From Rhizophagus irregularis (lineage: Eukaryota): a stretch of DNA of 64,000 nt. A program made the translations under genes and the position numbers. The notes beneath the pieces were generated by a model. That model was not told where the DNA came from. It searched no databases and saw nothing but the letters and a program-made list of their open reading frames with translations. Positions 1 through 12,866 of this stretch are shown piece after piece. The stretch spans positions 310,001-374,000 of the forward strand of contig NC_089431.1 in NCBI RefSeq assembly GCF_026210795.1, read 5' to 3'. Each line of letters starts with the position of its first letter. The first letter of the stretch is position 1.

Positions 1-6
1 TATTAG

Positions 7-670
7 TTGCGCGACTAAACCTGAAGCTAGTGCTGTAATGACAATATTTTTTATTCTAATAGTTCTCATATTAGCAACTATTGTGTTTTGTTACGTACAT
101 ATATTAATAACGATTCATAGAGTTAAAGAAGAAAATTCATCAGTCTCAAGTTCGAATAATAGTTGGATGTATCTTAACAATATTGAAAAAAAAACTCTTA
201 AAAAAGTTTTAACTTATATTTTAATATTCATATTACAATATGTTCCTGTTCTAATTTATAACATGTGTAGAATCTTAAAGGTAAAGAAAATATTTTATTT
301 ATTTTTTTATTCATGATTTTTTATGAAATTGTTTGTAACAATATAATTTAAAAATAATTAGATTCAAAATTTTATAATTGGTGTTATCGTATCTTCAGGT
401 AATTTTTAAATACAGTAAAAATATATATATATATATATTTGTTTATGTATTGATCGATATTTAACAAAAGTATTAATCCTATTTTTTTGTTTAGTTATAT
501 GTTTAGGAGGAATAGGTAACGTAATTCAATATATGTGTAATGAAGGATTTAGATATCAATCATCAGGCAATGTTTATTCAGATTATAAATCTGAAACAAA
601 ATCTGAAGCAGATGAAGCAGTTGATGAACAGAAATCAAATGATGATTCAATTATTACTAATAATGTATGA
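7..670 (+). CDS. 3' part of a multi-pass membrane protein, GPCR-like (5' end outside window)
   Basis: Exons ~7-280, 362-398 and 495-670 join in frame via GT..AG introns. They encode hydrophobic helices (TIFFILIVLILATIVFCYVHI; VLTYILIFILQYVPVLIY; FIIGVIVSSVICLGGIGNVIQY) and an acidic tail ending at TGA 668-670. The GPCR call is inferred from the helix pattern. Confidence 0.7.
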
Positions 671-1010
671 GATAGTAATATAAAATATGTAAAATTATTT
701 TTTATGTTGGTAAGAAATTTATTATTTAAGTTTTAGAATCTTTTTTTAAATTTTTAATATAATAATAAGTTCAATGTAATAAGTATAAATTTATTTATAA
801 TGTATAAATAATTCGTAGTATAAGTATAAATGTATAAAAATTCGATTATGTTATTTTTCTACAGTTAAGCGTAATGATTAAAGATGTTAATTAATTAAAT
901 TATGTTATACAAATATTTATTGATTATGAAAATGTAAAAATACTAAATATTTTGATTTACACTCACTAAAATTGATCGATATGATACGAAAAAGGAAAAA
1001 GTCCAAATTA

Positions 1011-1150
1011 ACGGTTATGGGTCTAAATCGCGACGGGTCAAAATCCCGAATGTGTCAAAATCCCGACAGTTGGCCCGCGTTATGCAGAGTTATGCGTAAT
1101 CACGTGATATTTTTGACCAGCATTAGAATTCGATATTTTGACCGGATCCC
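1011..1150. mobile_element. DNA-transposon terminal relic (MULE-like internal repeats)
   Basis: TCAAAATCCCGA occurs twice, with an inverted partner (TCGATATTTTGACC) at ~1130-1143. Confidence 0.35.
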
Positions 1151-1167
1151 AAATTAACACGGTTACA

Positions 1168-1259
1168 CACCCTTCTCAGTGATCATTAAAGGTTATAACC
1201 TATATACTTGTGACATAAATAGTAAGGTTATAACCTTTGATGATCACCTGAGTGGGGTG
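1168..1259. mobile_element. ~90 bp fold-back element / mini-MITE
   Basis: Arms 1168-1201 (CACCCTTCTCAGTGATCATTAAAGGTTATAACCT) and 1225-1259 are imperfect reverse complements around a ~23 bp spacer. Confidence 0.5.
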
Positions 1260-2249
1260 AATTAACAATGGAAATGTATTTGTAAATCAATGCCAAACAT
1301 GAGAAGTTCGGCAATTAAAATATACGTATCTAAAGTATCTTGTACGTACGTCTCGATACTTGTCCTGAAGAGTGACGACCATCCCGCAAGTCCTGCCACA
1401 GGAGGCATTCAAAGAGGTTACTTTTAGTATATGAGAAATTAACGTCAGTTTCATCAATTAAAACTAAAAAATATCAATTATGCCGAAAATGATCAAAGAA
1501 TTTTTTTTTTTTTATCAAAATACAATTTTACTTCGCATAGATTTTTACTAATGTTAAATTATTTTTTAATTTTTATTATTACTAAACTAAAAAAAGACAT
1601 GAGTTTTCATTTTTAAAAAATTAAAAATCCGAAGCTGATGATTAATACTATAAAATGATCAGTAGTATACTAAAATAATATTATGTTTAAAAAGTATATG
1701 ATTTTTTTTTATAGTATTGTGTGATGATCAAAGATTTATTTTTGTTTAAAAAATGTGTTGTTAAAAAGAAAATCATAATAAAATTTTGTAAGTTCTTCAA
1801 TTTGGGAAACTTTAGAAAATTTCAGAAAATCATAATTTAAATTTAAAGGATGGTATTTAATCATATGCAGTCATAACTCAATATAACAGATAACAAACCG
1901 ATTTTGGCCCATAACGAACTTTTTTCTTTAAATCAAAACCATTTATAATTAATTTTATGACATATAAGAAGTTTAATTATAAATCAGTCATATTTATTTA
2001 TTCGCGATTAACCGATACTTCTTAATTCCGGCCTGAATTAACTTAGTCTCGGCCGGCACTATTCAACGTAGCAGATCAGTCACCTGATATCTACGAGTCT
2101 TAAAAAGTTTCCATTATATAGTATTGATACTATAAACATATTTTTTTACTGTAACTTGGTTCGCTTTGTGATTTAAAAATACTATAAACATATTTTGACA
2201 AGATAAAATGTTGCTTGATAATATAGTTAAGTATACAGAATTTTTATAT

Positions 2250-2351
2250 TTAAATCGGTACAATAAAAATATATTGATGATTTATCGAATATTTGATATA
2301 ACGACCAAAAATCAGGACCTACGGAGGGTTCGTTATATCGAGTTCTGATTG
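2250..2351. mobile_element. Possible pogo/Tigger-like MITE end
   Basis: The right end reads, on the minus strand, TA-CAATCAGAACTCGATATAACGAAC, which resembles pogo-type TIRs. GATATAACGA recurs at ~2295, but the left TIR is degenerate. Confidence 0.3.
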
Positions 2352-4026
2352 TAGATAATTATATGCTTATCAAAATATAGATTTTTTAATAAAAGAGGTG
2401 TTAAAAACTTAAAAGTTGGAACGGCCCTACTGTATTCTTCTAAATATGGGCTGACTCACAGCAAAAGGTGGCTCGGCCAAAATTTTTTTTTGAGATTTTA
2501 TAATAATTATATTAAATTTTTCAGAAAAAATATTTTTATTTATAATGTTATATTAAAAAAACAAGATTTTAATATTTTTTTATTATTTGCATTTTTCTTC
2601 TATAGTATTTAATGAACGATATAAATATATTGAAAAAAACTTATATTTTTAATGAATTCCTTGTTAGTTTATTAAAAAATAGATTTTAAAAATCTTTAAA
2701 ATTCATGAAAATAGTAATGATTTTCCAAATTGATTATATAATTAAGATTCTAGTTTTCTGTTGCAATCCATTCGGGTCTATTAGGACCCCGAGCTATACA
2801 TAAAAAGGTAGAGTAAGGGTTTGCGTAGAATTGACCAAAATAATCATGTAGATCTTTCCTTTTATAGATAATGCCGGCCAGAATTTATTTCATTTTTTAG
2901 ACGCTGACTGGCATTATCATAATTCCGGCCCTGTAGAGCTATTAGTAATTTTTTTTGGCTGCAACCTTACCTCTATATATATAGCTCGGGGTCCTGGTCT
3001 ATCTGTTTCCTGTGCCACAAAGCCGCATTGGAAAAGAGCTCGTTCTACTGCTACCTGTTGCGAAAATAGTGTAGTTTTTCCTATCGGCTTTAAATAATTC
3101 TTCATCTGTATCAACTTCCCTACATTCTTTTACTGCCTTATGTCTGCCCATATATTACTAAATTCATTTCCAAATGTTTGAATAAATTAGACACCTTACG
3201 ATTGAAATTAACTATAAATTAACTACATGGAATTCCTAACGTTAAGTTAATACCGTAAGTTACATAAACGGAATGATTACATAAAATCTTGATCTCTCGT
3301 TCTTTCAGATTGTTATGCGTATATGCGTATTTTTTTTCCCTTAACATCATCTCTTACGATAATTTCGTAATGTAATCGTTATAATTTATCAAGAATATGT
3401 GTGCTAATATTTCCATTTTCTATATCCAATTTGCTTATACGTTAATATATATCTGATATTTATTTTTTTTTTACGGTATTTATATTGTTTAATGTAATTT
3501 AAAGATCAAAATGTTATACAATGACTTATCTCGTGTTATCCTTATATGATAACATATTATCACCATCATCTCCATCATTATCATCATCATTCATATATAA
3601 TTCTTCATTATAGATAGACTTGATATCATGATGTGTTTATTATTTCAGAATAAATATCTTGAAAATTTATTAATAGGACAAGAATTTATTCATTCGATCA
3701 CGATAATTGAGAAGAAAAGTGTCATAAATCGTATAGGGTAGTAAGTGATTTTATTTTTTAATTTGTAGTTCACTGATTCATATAATTATCATGTTATTTG
3801 GCGCGTAGTTAGAAGTTTTTCAAAAACTTATGGAAAAAAATAAATTTGAAGAGAATAAAATGAAAATGAAGGGAATAATTTATGACTTCATTATAATTTT
3901 ATTTATATATGAAAATATTCTATAATTTATAAAAATGCGGCATGCTTTGAAATAATGCTAAATAAGTGAAATAATGAGAATAAATAGTGCTTAATAAAAA
4001 GGTTCTAATATGCAAAATTTAATAGC

Positions 4027-4304
4027 TTAGATATCATCGGGTTCGCCTCTAGAAGGTAAGATAAGTGCAGCCTTGACTGTGCCGTTTTTTTCTTTCGATG
4101 GACTTTTGTCTTTTTGAGCAATTCCTCTTTAATGATTAAATTAATAAAATTAATAGATTTCTTACGTCGATTTTTAAAAAAGTATCAATATAGTATTTGT
4201 ATTTACCTCTTAGTTAATTGATATAAATTCAAAGGAGAGGAGGCTGTTACGATAGCAGCCATAAACACAATCAAGAGAGCAAAGAAGATTTGACGCGAAT
4301 TCAT
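4027..4304 (-). CDS. Small secreted protein / peptide precursor, 65 aa, two exons
   Basis: Exon 1 is 4304-4207, a GT..AG intron spans 4206-4127, and exon 2 is 4126-4027. Translation: MNSRQIFFALLIVFMAAIVTASSPLNLYQLTKR-GIAQKDKSPSKEKNGTVKAALILPSRGEPDDI*. It has a signal peptide, a KR dibasic site, and TATATAAA ~85 bp upstream. Confidence 0.8.
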
Positions 4305-4388
4305 TTTTATAGTGTTTTGGATATTTTTTGTGTTGGATATTTTTAATTTCTTTTTTTGTGATTTTCTGAATCAGTGAGGGGAAAGTCA

Positions 4389-4396
4389 TTTATATA
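4389..4396 (-). promoter_or_regulatory. Putative TATA box of the secreted peptide gene
   Basis: TATATAAA on the minus strand, ~85 bp upstream of ATG 4304. Confidence 0.4.
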
Positions 4397-5394
4397 TTGA
4401 TATATTGATTTTTTTTCAATATTATTAAATAGGGCCTATATTCCTTAAATTATCAACAAAACGAATTTATTTATCCGAACCGAAATTAATTTTAATAAAG
4501 AATACTCCCAAATTAAATACAATTAATGTATTTTTTATCTATAAATAATTGGAATAAAACTTTTTCAAACATTACTTTCATCTTTTAATATAACGACGAA
4601 ATTTAACAATTAATTTAGTCGAGCTTTGTTTTTTTTTTAGACGAGTGATTGGTTGAGATTGTTTAATGGTAATTTTTATCGTCCTTTGTTAAACAAAGAA
4701 AATAAAATTTTTGTTAATCTATTTTGATTTTTAGAATGGTATTTTTATTTCTAATTTTAGGTTATAGGAGTCCTTGTTAAAGGTTTATTTTTGTGTAACG
4801 ATAAATAATAATGCATCATATACTAGGTCCCAATATGATAAAGAAATATCACATGATCAATTTATAATTAAGTACAATTTTTATAACCAAAGTTTTATGT
4901 GATAATTTGAACAAAGAATAATTAAATATTATGAATTCAAATGGAAGATTTGGTCATAACTCGAAGCGCGCCCAATCATACGAAAAATTGATTTGGGTTT
5001 TTTATATAAAATGGTCGAAAAAACTTTTTCCGTTACCTTTTTTTAGAACTTTTTAACAATAGTCGAAATAAAATTTTATTATATTTTTTAAACCTTTATT
5101 TCCTTGCTTTTAAAGAAAGAAAAGTAAAAAAGAATAACATAATAATAGTATAAGAAAAAAATCTTTATGTAATTTCCATCGGATATATATTTCAATATCT
5201 TATTTGAATTTATTTCGATAATATTTGTAGATTCCTCATCTTTTATAATTTGTCTTTCAGAAAAACTACGCAGGGCTTATAAAATGAATGAAACATATAT
5301 TTAAAGAAATATATATCTAACTTAATAAACTAATAAATCCTCAATGATATTTAATACATATTGTACTGCTAATTATGTATATTATAAATATAAA

Positions 5395-5503
5395 AATAAC
5401 AATAAAATAAATAATAACAATAAAATAAATAATAACAATAAAATAAATAATAACAATAAAATAAATAATAACAATAAAATAAATAATAACAATAAAATAA
5501 ATA
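5395..5503. repeat. 18-bp minisatellite, ~6 copies
   Basis: Unit AATAACAATAAAATAAAT. Confidence 0.9.
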
Positions 5504-5665
5504 ATTAATTTAATAAAATAAAATCTCCTTCCTAAATAATAAAATTAATCTTCCGTCTGGCCATCCATCACCTGACTATCACCTGATTTCATCAATTTTT
5601 CGTAACAATAGTCAATTTTGTACACATAAGACGGATAATTTTTTTGCGGGATAAGTACAAAATAC

Positions 5666-8122
5666 TCAATTATATTCAACATTATTCTCATCTGAATTAT
5701 CATTTTTAATATATTTTCCTGTTTTAATTAGAATAATAATTTAAAGTTGACACAATATATTAAAATATTTATAATTAATAAAAATTTTACTTACTATTTT
5801 TTTGAATTTCAACCTTTAATTCTTCAAAATTACGTTTCCTTGAAAAATTTACAGGTACAGCAGTTGTTATGTTGTCAACGGAATTTGTATTTTGCGTGTA
5901 TGATCTAAAAAATGAATAATTATATTTTTTTATATTATATTATTAATATTTACTCATTATATTAATTACCTTTGAATATCATTTATATCAAATGCATATT
6001 CTTTTGTGATATAATCTAATAAATTAATAAGAGATATCTAAATTAAATGTAATTTTAAAAAGTTTAAGGAAATGAACTGGATTAGTATTTGTAATACCTT
6101 TAAATACATTAAATGAAAGCATTAAAGATGAATCTATAGTTGTAATCTTAGAAATAATAGAACTTAATGGTCTACTTGTATAAATTGCCTTTGAATGATA
6201 TTTTTCACTAAATTCAGGACCAAGTTGCTTAAATTTTATTAATTCCATCCTTCTTTCTTCAGCTTGTACAAGAGTTTTATGATGTATATATATATTTTTA
6301 TATTTATAGAAATCCACAATAAAAGAATTATATAATTCATAAATAGTTGGTCTATTTGAAGGATTAGAATCCCAACATTTTTTCATTAAATTGGCAAAAT
6401 ATTCGGGGGTATCATTTGTTATTTTAGGTCGTCTTCCATCAATAATTTCATAGATAAGATCAATATTGTGTTCAACATTAGCAAAAGGTTTAGAACCTGT
6501 TGTAAGTTCCCACATGATCATACCCAAACTATATATATCAGATTCTTTTGAAAATGCAGCACCTTTAAATATTTCTGGTGCAATATATGGTATTACTCCA
6601 TATACTTCATCATTTGATGAAGCATTATTTGTAGGTCGTGATAATCCTAAGTCTGCAATTTGCCAATTTGAATAAGTTTTATCACGAAATTTTTGTGATA
6701 ATAATAGATTCCCACTATGAAAATCCCGATGTATATAATTTTTGCTGTGAATAGTTTGAAGGCTACAAATGTATTATTCATTGTTAATAAACTTATTATT
6801 TATAGATGATATATTAGTATATAAAATATAAATACCCATATAAAATATCGTGTAAAATATCCAATTTTTTCGTCCATGTAATATTTTTAAATTCTTTTTG
6901 CAAATAATTATGTAAATCACCACCTTTTGCATAATTCATTATCAACATATACTCTTTTGTTACGGGTCTTGGGTTATACCATAACAACCAATAATCCAAT
7001 TATTTCCATCATTACATTGATAAAGTGATTTTAACTAAATTTAGTAAATTATAAATATGTCAATTAATTAAGGTATTACAAAAACACATCATAAAAAATA
7101 AATAAACTTACCTCATTTAGAACATCTTTACTGATATCTTGTGAATTAATTAATTTTTTTACAGCAACATCAATAAAGTATGGGTATGAACTTACTGACC
7201 AAGTTGCTTTATAAATAACACTAAATCCTCCTTCTGCTATTTTCTTTAAATTTCTAATTTGAGAATATGGGATCCATATTATAGAGTTTATTCCTGAATA
7301 AAATTTACTCCTAATAAAACGATATACATTAAATGGATCCTTATTCACATAATCAGCAATAAAATGGTGATTTTTATTCTCGATTTTTATAGAGAAAAGA
7401 AATTCATCTATAATACAATTTCCACTAATATCAATATTAAGAAATGATACTCTTTTACAATTCTTGCATTGCGATTGATTTGTGATTCCAATAATAATAT
7501 TTGTTGTCAAACAATAACTACATCCAATATAGATAATAAAGCAATGTGAGCACCATTTTTGACAATGAAATTTTGACTCTTGCTGTATATAATCTAGTTC
7601 TCGTGGACAAATTGAACATCTATCATGATTGTCCCACCATGGTAAATATATAATTAAAACGGACTTTTTAGACAAAATTGTTGACTCTACCCATCCGAAA
7701 GATAATTGATAATACTGTGGTCCACGTTTAGATAAATGTTTATCACATACCTCGTAATTAAAAGGTTTAGTATTAATAAATGATAAATAATCTGAGAATA
7801 CTTGTCTAAAATATGAAATCTCAGAGCAATATTTACACCATTCTTGAATATTTATTGTACAAAAGTTATTTCTAGTTGCTTTATGTTCAATACATTGAGC
7901 ATTATTTGTCATTATTATATGTACATCCAAATATGTATTACTGCCAGTTGTATATTTATACTTCAACAAACAATTTTTGCAATATTTTTGTTCAAACTTA
8001 AGTGTCTTGGAGTATAAATTTCCACAATTATTACACTCGTATTCATTATTTTTAAAGGGAATAAATAAAATAGGTACAGGACTGGGTTGCATAAGGTCAA
8101 ATGAATTATTATCTATATTCAT
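5666..8122 (-). pseudogene. TKL-type protein kinase with Cys-rich (CxxC) N-terminus; one apparent 1-bp frameshift
   Basis: Exons are 8122-7112, 7034-6836, 6762-6098 plus three short tail exons ending at TGA 5668-5666. Motifs AEGGFS, VAVKK, HRDFHSGN, DLG and APE are intact. At ~6963 the frame reads ITQDP* while the +1 frame continues VTKEYMLIM. Confidence 0.8.
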
Positions 8123-8359
8123 GATGTTGCCATTTAAGAAAGCCGAATTTTGAAGTTAAATAGCTAAATATAAAAGTTATGATATAACACAGTGAAATTA
8201 ATTCTATGGGAATTTTCTTTAAAGAACCAAAAATTCTGTAGAAACTTCTAAAATTTACGTATCTTTTAAATTTTACGTTACACTTAATAAAAAATCATGT
8301 GATCTAATATAATTACACTATTTTAATTGTTTTTTAAAATTTTTTCGGGTTTTTCAACC

Positions 8360-8567
8360 TGATTTTTTTTTTGAACTTTTCCTTTTTTCGGTTTAGTTTT
8401 TTTAAAACTTTTTTTTTCTTTTTCTCAAACTTTCCTTTTTTCGATTTGGTTTTTCTAAACCGAAATTTTTTTTTTCTATTTTTTTCAAACTTTCCTTTTT
8501 TTGGTTTGGTTTTTTTAAACTAAAATTTTTTTTTTCTATTTTTTTCAAACTTTCCTTCTTTTGGTTC
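8360..8567. repeat. T-rich tandem repeat, ~60-bp period, ~3.5 copies
   Basis: AAACTTTCCTTTTTT...TTTGGTTTTT recurs at 60-bp offsets in lines 8401, 8461 and 8521. Confidence 0.7.
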
Positions 8568-10559
8568 ACATCTTTTACAGTTTTACTTTTTTTGAAAAGA
8601 GGAAAAATATGAAATAATTAATACAAATATATGATATAAAGTTTAACAAGGACTTTTTACACAAAAACACAGGTTGCCATTAAGAAACATCTTTTTATTA
8701 AAAACATTTAATAAGAATAAAAATTTGATATAGACAAAACAAATACAATGATCGACCATGAAAATTCCATCTTAAGGAAAATTGGAAAAGCTGCAACAAA
8801 AAAGAATTATAGAATTCAAAATTATCGAAATCATTAAATATTTTAGCAAAATCTGAAACAATGAAATTAAAAAAAAACAAGAAAAAGACAATAATAGTGT
8901 GTCAAAATGTTGTTAAGAAAAAAGGCTTACAAAAAGAGAAACGAAAGTGAAAAAAGGATTTGAAGATCAATGAATAGGTTTTTTTTTTTAAAAAAAAGAA
9001 AATGTTGTGTGAAATAATTTAATTTTTATATCTTTTATTTAATAATTATATTAAAATATAATAAATATAGTAAAAAAATTTTAATGTCATAGCAATATTA
9101 TTTCTTTAAATTACTAGTAGTAGATAATTATTACACGAATTTATGAAATACCCGTCATGTCAAATTAAATAAATATTTGACAGTATTTTAGTCACCAAAT
9201 TTTTTATTCAAGTTCCCAAATTTATTAGTGAACAGTCAAAAATGAGCTCAAAAAATTTTTTGTACGATACCCCAAATCTGGCGTCAACCAATTTTCCCAT
9301 TATCTAATCCATTTTCCCAGTGTTAAAGGCGAGTCATTCGATATCACATGTTTCTGTAAGTCAATTTTAATTCCCGAGGGCGCAGCAAGTTTTTTGCCAA
9401 ATTTCATAAATCCGCCGCAATGTTTATATTACAAAATGTTTAATAAAGAAAGAAAGAAATTACCATTATATATATAACTGATATTTATGATAATATTGAA
9501 TAAATTGCATATTTTATTTTGAAAATTTAAATAATTATCATGAAAAATTATTATTATATTTTTCTGAACCTTAAAAAAATGACCATCTGGAAAAAGTAAT
9601 GAAATATAAAATGGTAGCAAGCAAATATAAAGTCAAACCAAATGAAGTATGGGCTTTCATTACTAACAATCTTATCAAAGAAAAAAAAATAATCAATAAA
9701 ACAATTTGGGTAAGTTATTTTTTAAGAAAAGAATCTTTTTTTTTTCTTAAAAAATAATTATAGCACCCCAAATTATTTTGGATAAAATAATAGTTCCTCA
9801 AGTTTCGATTCGTCTGTAAAAAATTTTAACGTGGATTTTCATTATAATATTCATAAAATTGAATTTACTTAAGTATATTGCGTTTTGCAAAAAAAAAATA
9901 AAAAAAAAAAATTTACTCTAAAAACCTAACAAACATTATTTTTTAAAAACATAAACAGAATTAAGAATTAATCGGGTTAGTAAAAAAAACTTTATAAAAC
10001 AAATTTTTGAGGAGGACCTGGTATTTTTTCCTTTTTTTAAAAAAAATGATATTCTTTTTCAAATTAATAATTAATAGTTTATTTTTTAGCGCAAAAGCGA
10101 AATCTTTTGCTGATAAAACAACGGATATATATGATGAACCTAATAACGCTACTATTGATAAGAAATATGTAAGACTTAATTCTGAACTAGTAGATGATGC
10201 CGCACGTTACCATTTAACGTGAAGAATCTAAATTACATGGCGTTGGAGTTGCGACCGGCGGTGCAGGTATAATTGTATCATAATTATTTTTCCTTAAAAA
10301 GAGTATTTAAAATTTTAAAGTTCGGACTAAGTTTAGCCAAAGTCAAATCTAATGAATTATCATAGTACTAAAATACATGAAATTCTGTTAAATTTTTTCT
10401 AGCATTCTAATGAAAAAATTGACCACATAATTTTTAAAATCTTCAATTATGAAAATAGAAATACTGTAACTGACCAAAATTAGAATTATCAAACAATTGT
10501 GAAAATGCAGTTGCACGTGATTTATCGACATATAAATATTATATTTAGTTCTTGTAAAA

Positions 10560-11170
10560 TTTTCAATATAGCTATAAATGATATATCTGATATGCGTTTA
10601 AAATAATGTTAATTACGATAAAATAATCCTTTCGTTAATTATACATTATTAACTTTAACAAGTTACGACTTCTGATGAGTTGCTCAAATATTTAAATATT
10701 GCAATTTTAAATTATTTTGTAAAGAAATTATCTATTTGAAATATGAGAACAAAATTCTATATATAATGATTGTATGTTATGACATACTATATTTGAGCCA
10801 TTTGATAAAATAAATTCAGCATAAATATTCGATTTATACATTTTAAATTCTACTATGAGGTTTACTAAGCAAAGTTTTGCTTCAGGTAAATAATCTTCTG
10901 ATGACACTTCAAAGCTTTTAATAATGAAATATAATTAACTTTTTTTAAATATTTAATTGCTATTTTTCAAGTGTATGTTGAATCATATCATCAATTTTAC
11001 AAAGTGAAATAAATAACTTTTCAAAATGATGCATAATTAAACAATAGAGATTTCTGAGTTAGTAATATTAATTCCATTCTTATGCAAAAGTCTGATTCTT
11101 TAGAAAGACAAGCAATTAAAATGTTAATGACCAACCAAATTTACAATTTTGTCAGAATTAATGAAGTTAT
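10560..11170 (-). pseudogene. Decayed F-box/LRR paralog fragment
   Basis: 11022-11120 matches 12562-12662 (CAAAATGATGCATAATTAAACAAT...GCAATTAAA), and 10755-10785 matches 12244-12275. There is no long open frame. Confidence 0.65.
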
Positions 11171-11360
11171 GTATAACAGTTAATCAGTTATAATTACTAA
11201 TTTATTATAATAAGATATTTCACAAATTTCCAGAAAATAAGCTTAAAATTATTTTAAAAATGAACCAATCATGTGAATTTATTTTATTTGTTTTATTATT
11301 GTTATCCATTAAACTATAAATTCCAGTATATAAAATTCTAATATAAGTCTGCTAGTTCTC

Positions 11361-12866
11361 TTAAATTGAAGTTCGGAATTCACTAGATGGGTCAATAAAA
11401 CCACATTGCTCAGTTTCAAATTTTTTAATAATGCCTAATTTCATATATTTATCAATTGTTGTTTTCATACCCTTTCCATTCACTTCTGAAATAACATTTT
11501 TACTAAAACCAGTATTAATAATTAATGAAAGTGATCTTTGTGATATACGATCTTTCCAGTTTATAAAAAATTCTTGTAATTCTTCATGAAGATTATCTAC
11601 TATTTTACTATGATGACAATCTAAATTTAAACCATAAAAATATTTTTGTGAAAAATTTGCCAAAATTTTGAAGATGGTTTTACCATTAAACCATTCATCA
11701 TCATAACGAACTTTAATAATTTCTAAATATTGACAATTATTTAGAATTAGTTTCAATGTTTCTGGCTCATTCTTCTTAAAAAGGGTACATAGATTTTTAA
11801 GATTTGGACAAAATTTAGATAAAGCTATGTTTAATGAATCATCATAGTATTCATATATATGAAATTGTGTTAAAAATTTTCCATTAATTTCCAAAAAGTT
11901 AATTAGCATTTTACCATGATGGGAGGGATTAAGGTCTATTGGGCGTATAATCTTTATAATCTTTAATTGTAAAAAACGTATATACTGTAATTGATCAAAA
12001 TAAGAATTATTAAAATCGTGATTATATAAATTAAGTTCTTGTAAATTTTTGAACACAGCTATGAATGATAAGTTTAAATCACAACTATATAATATTAATT
12101 TTGTTAATGAAAAAGAATGCTTAGCTAATGAATGGATTATTTTATCAAAAAAATCATTTTCTAAGTCTTTTAACATAACAATTTTTAAATTATTTTGTAA
12201 AGAAATTAAATCTGCCAATCCATTTGAAATATGGAAATTAAAATCTATATATAATGATTGTATATTATGACATATTTTAGATATTTTATAAAAAAATTCA
12301 GAACTAAGATCCGAATCACATTCTAATCTTGTGAGGTTTGCTAAACAGATTTTTGCTCTAGGTGAATAAATAAATTTAAAATTTTCTGTATTACATGAAT
12401 CACCCTCTAAAGCTTTTAATGATGAAATTTGATTCATAAACATTTTTAATATTTCTTGTGATAAGTATTTAACATTTTCTAAGTCTTTTGAAATAATTGA
12501 TTGTTGTTTGTCAAGTGTTCGTCTAGTCATTACTACAATTTTATCAATCGAGATAATTTTGCAAAATGATGCATAATTAAACAATGGACGTTTCTGAATT
12601 GGAATGGTAATACCGTTCTTATGTAAAAATCTTTTTGATTTCTTAGGAAGAAAAGCAATTAAAGTATTAATAATTGATAATAATATAGTATGTGGCCTAT
12701 GATATTCATAAAACTTCCAAACATCCCTCCATAAAATTCTAACTGCAATTACACACCAAAGACTGTTAACTAATAAACATGAATATAAGGTATTTTTATC
12801 ATCATTTAGATATTCAAATATATCAATGAGACAATCATAAGGAAGTTGACAAGGCATTTTATTCAT
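11361..12866 (-). CDS. F-box protein with RNI-like leucine-rich repeats, 501 aa, single exon
   Basis: N-terminal F-box LPYDCLIDIFEYL...LYSCLLVNSLWCVIAVRILW, followed by LxxLxL repeats (NLQELNL, NLKNLCT). Confidence 0.9.
   Translation of the reverse strand: MNKMPCQLPYDCLIDIFEYLNDDKNTLYSCLLVNSLWCVIAVRILWRDVWKFYEYHRPHTILLSIINTLIAFLPKKSKRFLHKNGITIPIQKRPLFNYASFCKIISIDKIVVMTRRTLDKQQSIISKDLENVKYLSQEILKMFMNQISSLKALEGDSCNTENFKFIYSPRAKICLANLTRLECDSDLSSEFFYKISKICHNIQSLYIDFNFHISNGLADLISLQNNLKIVMLKDLENDFFDKIIHSLAKHSFSLTKLILYSCDLNLSFIAVFKNLQELNLYNHDFNNSYFDQLQYIRFLQLKIIKIIRPIDLNPSHHGKMLINFLEINGKFLTQFHIYEYYDDSLNIALSKFCPNLKNLCTLFKKNEPETLKLILNNCQYLEIIKVRYDDEWFNGKTIFKILANFSQKYFYGLNLDCHHSKIVDNLHEELQEFFINWKDRISQRSLSLIINTGFSKNVISEVNGKGMKTTIDKYMKLGIIKKFETEQCGFIDPSSEFRTSI

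Noticed and set aside
4027..4070. CLE peptide mimic
   Set aside because: ILPSRGEPDDI lacks the RxxPxGPxPxH(H/N) pattern.
6466..6675. Short ORFs overlapping real genes (also 12049, 25361, 25431, 34639, 38369, 38506, 48659, 49218, 49760, 60549)
   Set aside because: They are antisense or off-frame shadows of better-supported coding regions.
9611..10222. Possible three-exon gene starting MVASKYKVKPNEVWAF
   Set aside because: Splice-like sites exist, but I could not build an open frame or recognise a family.
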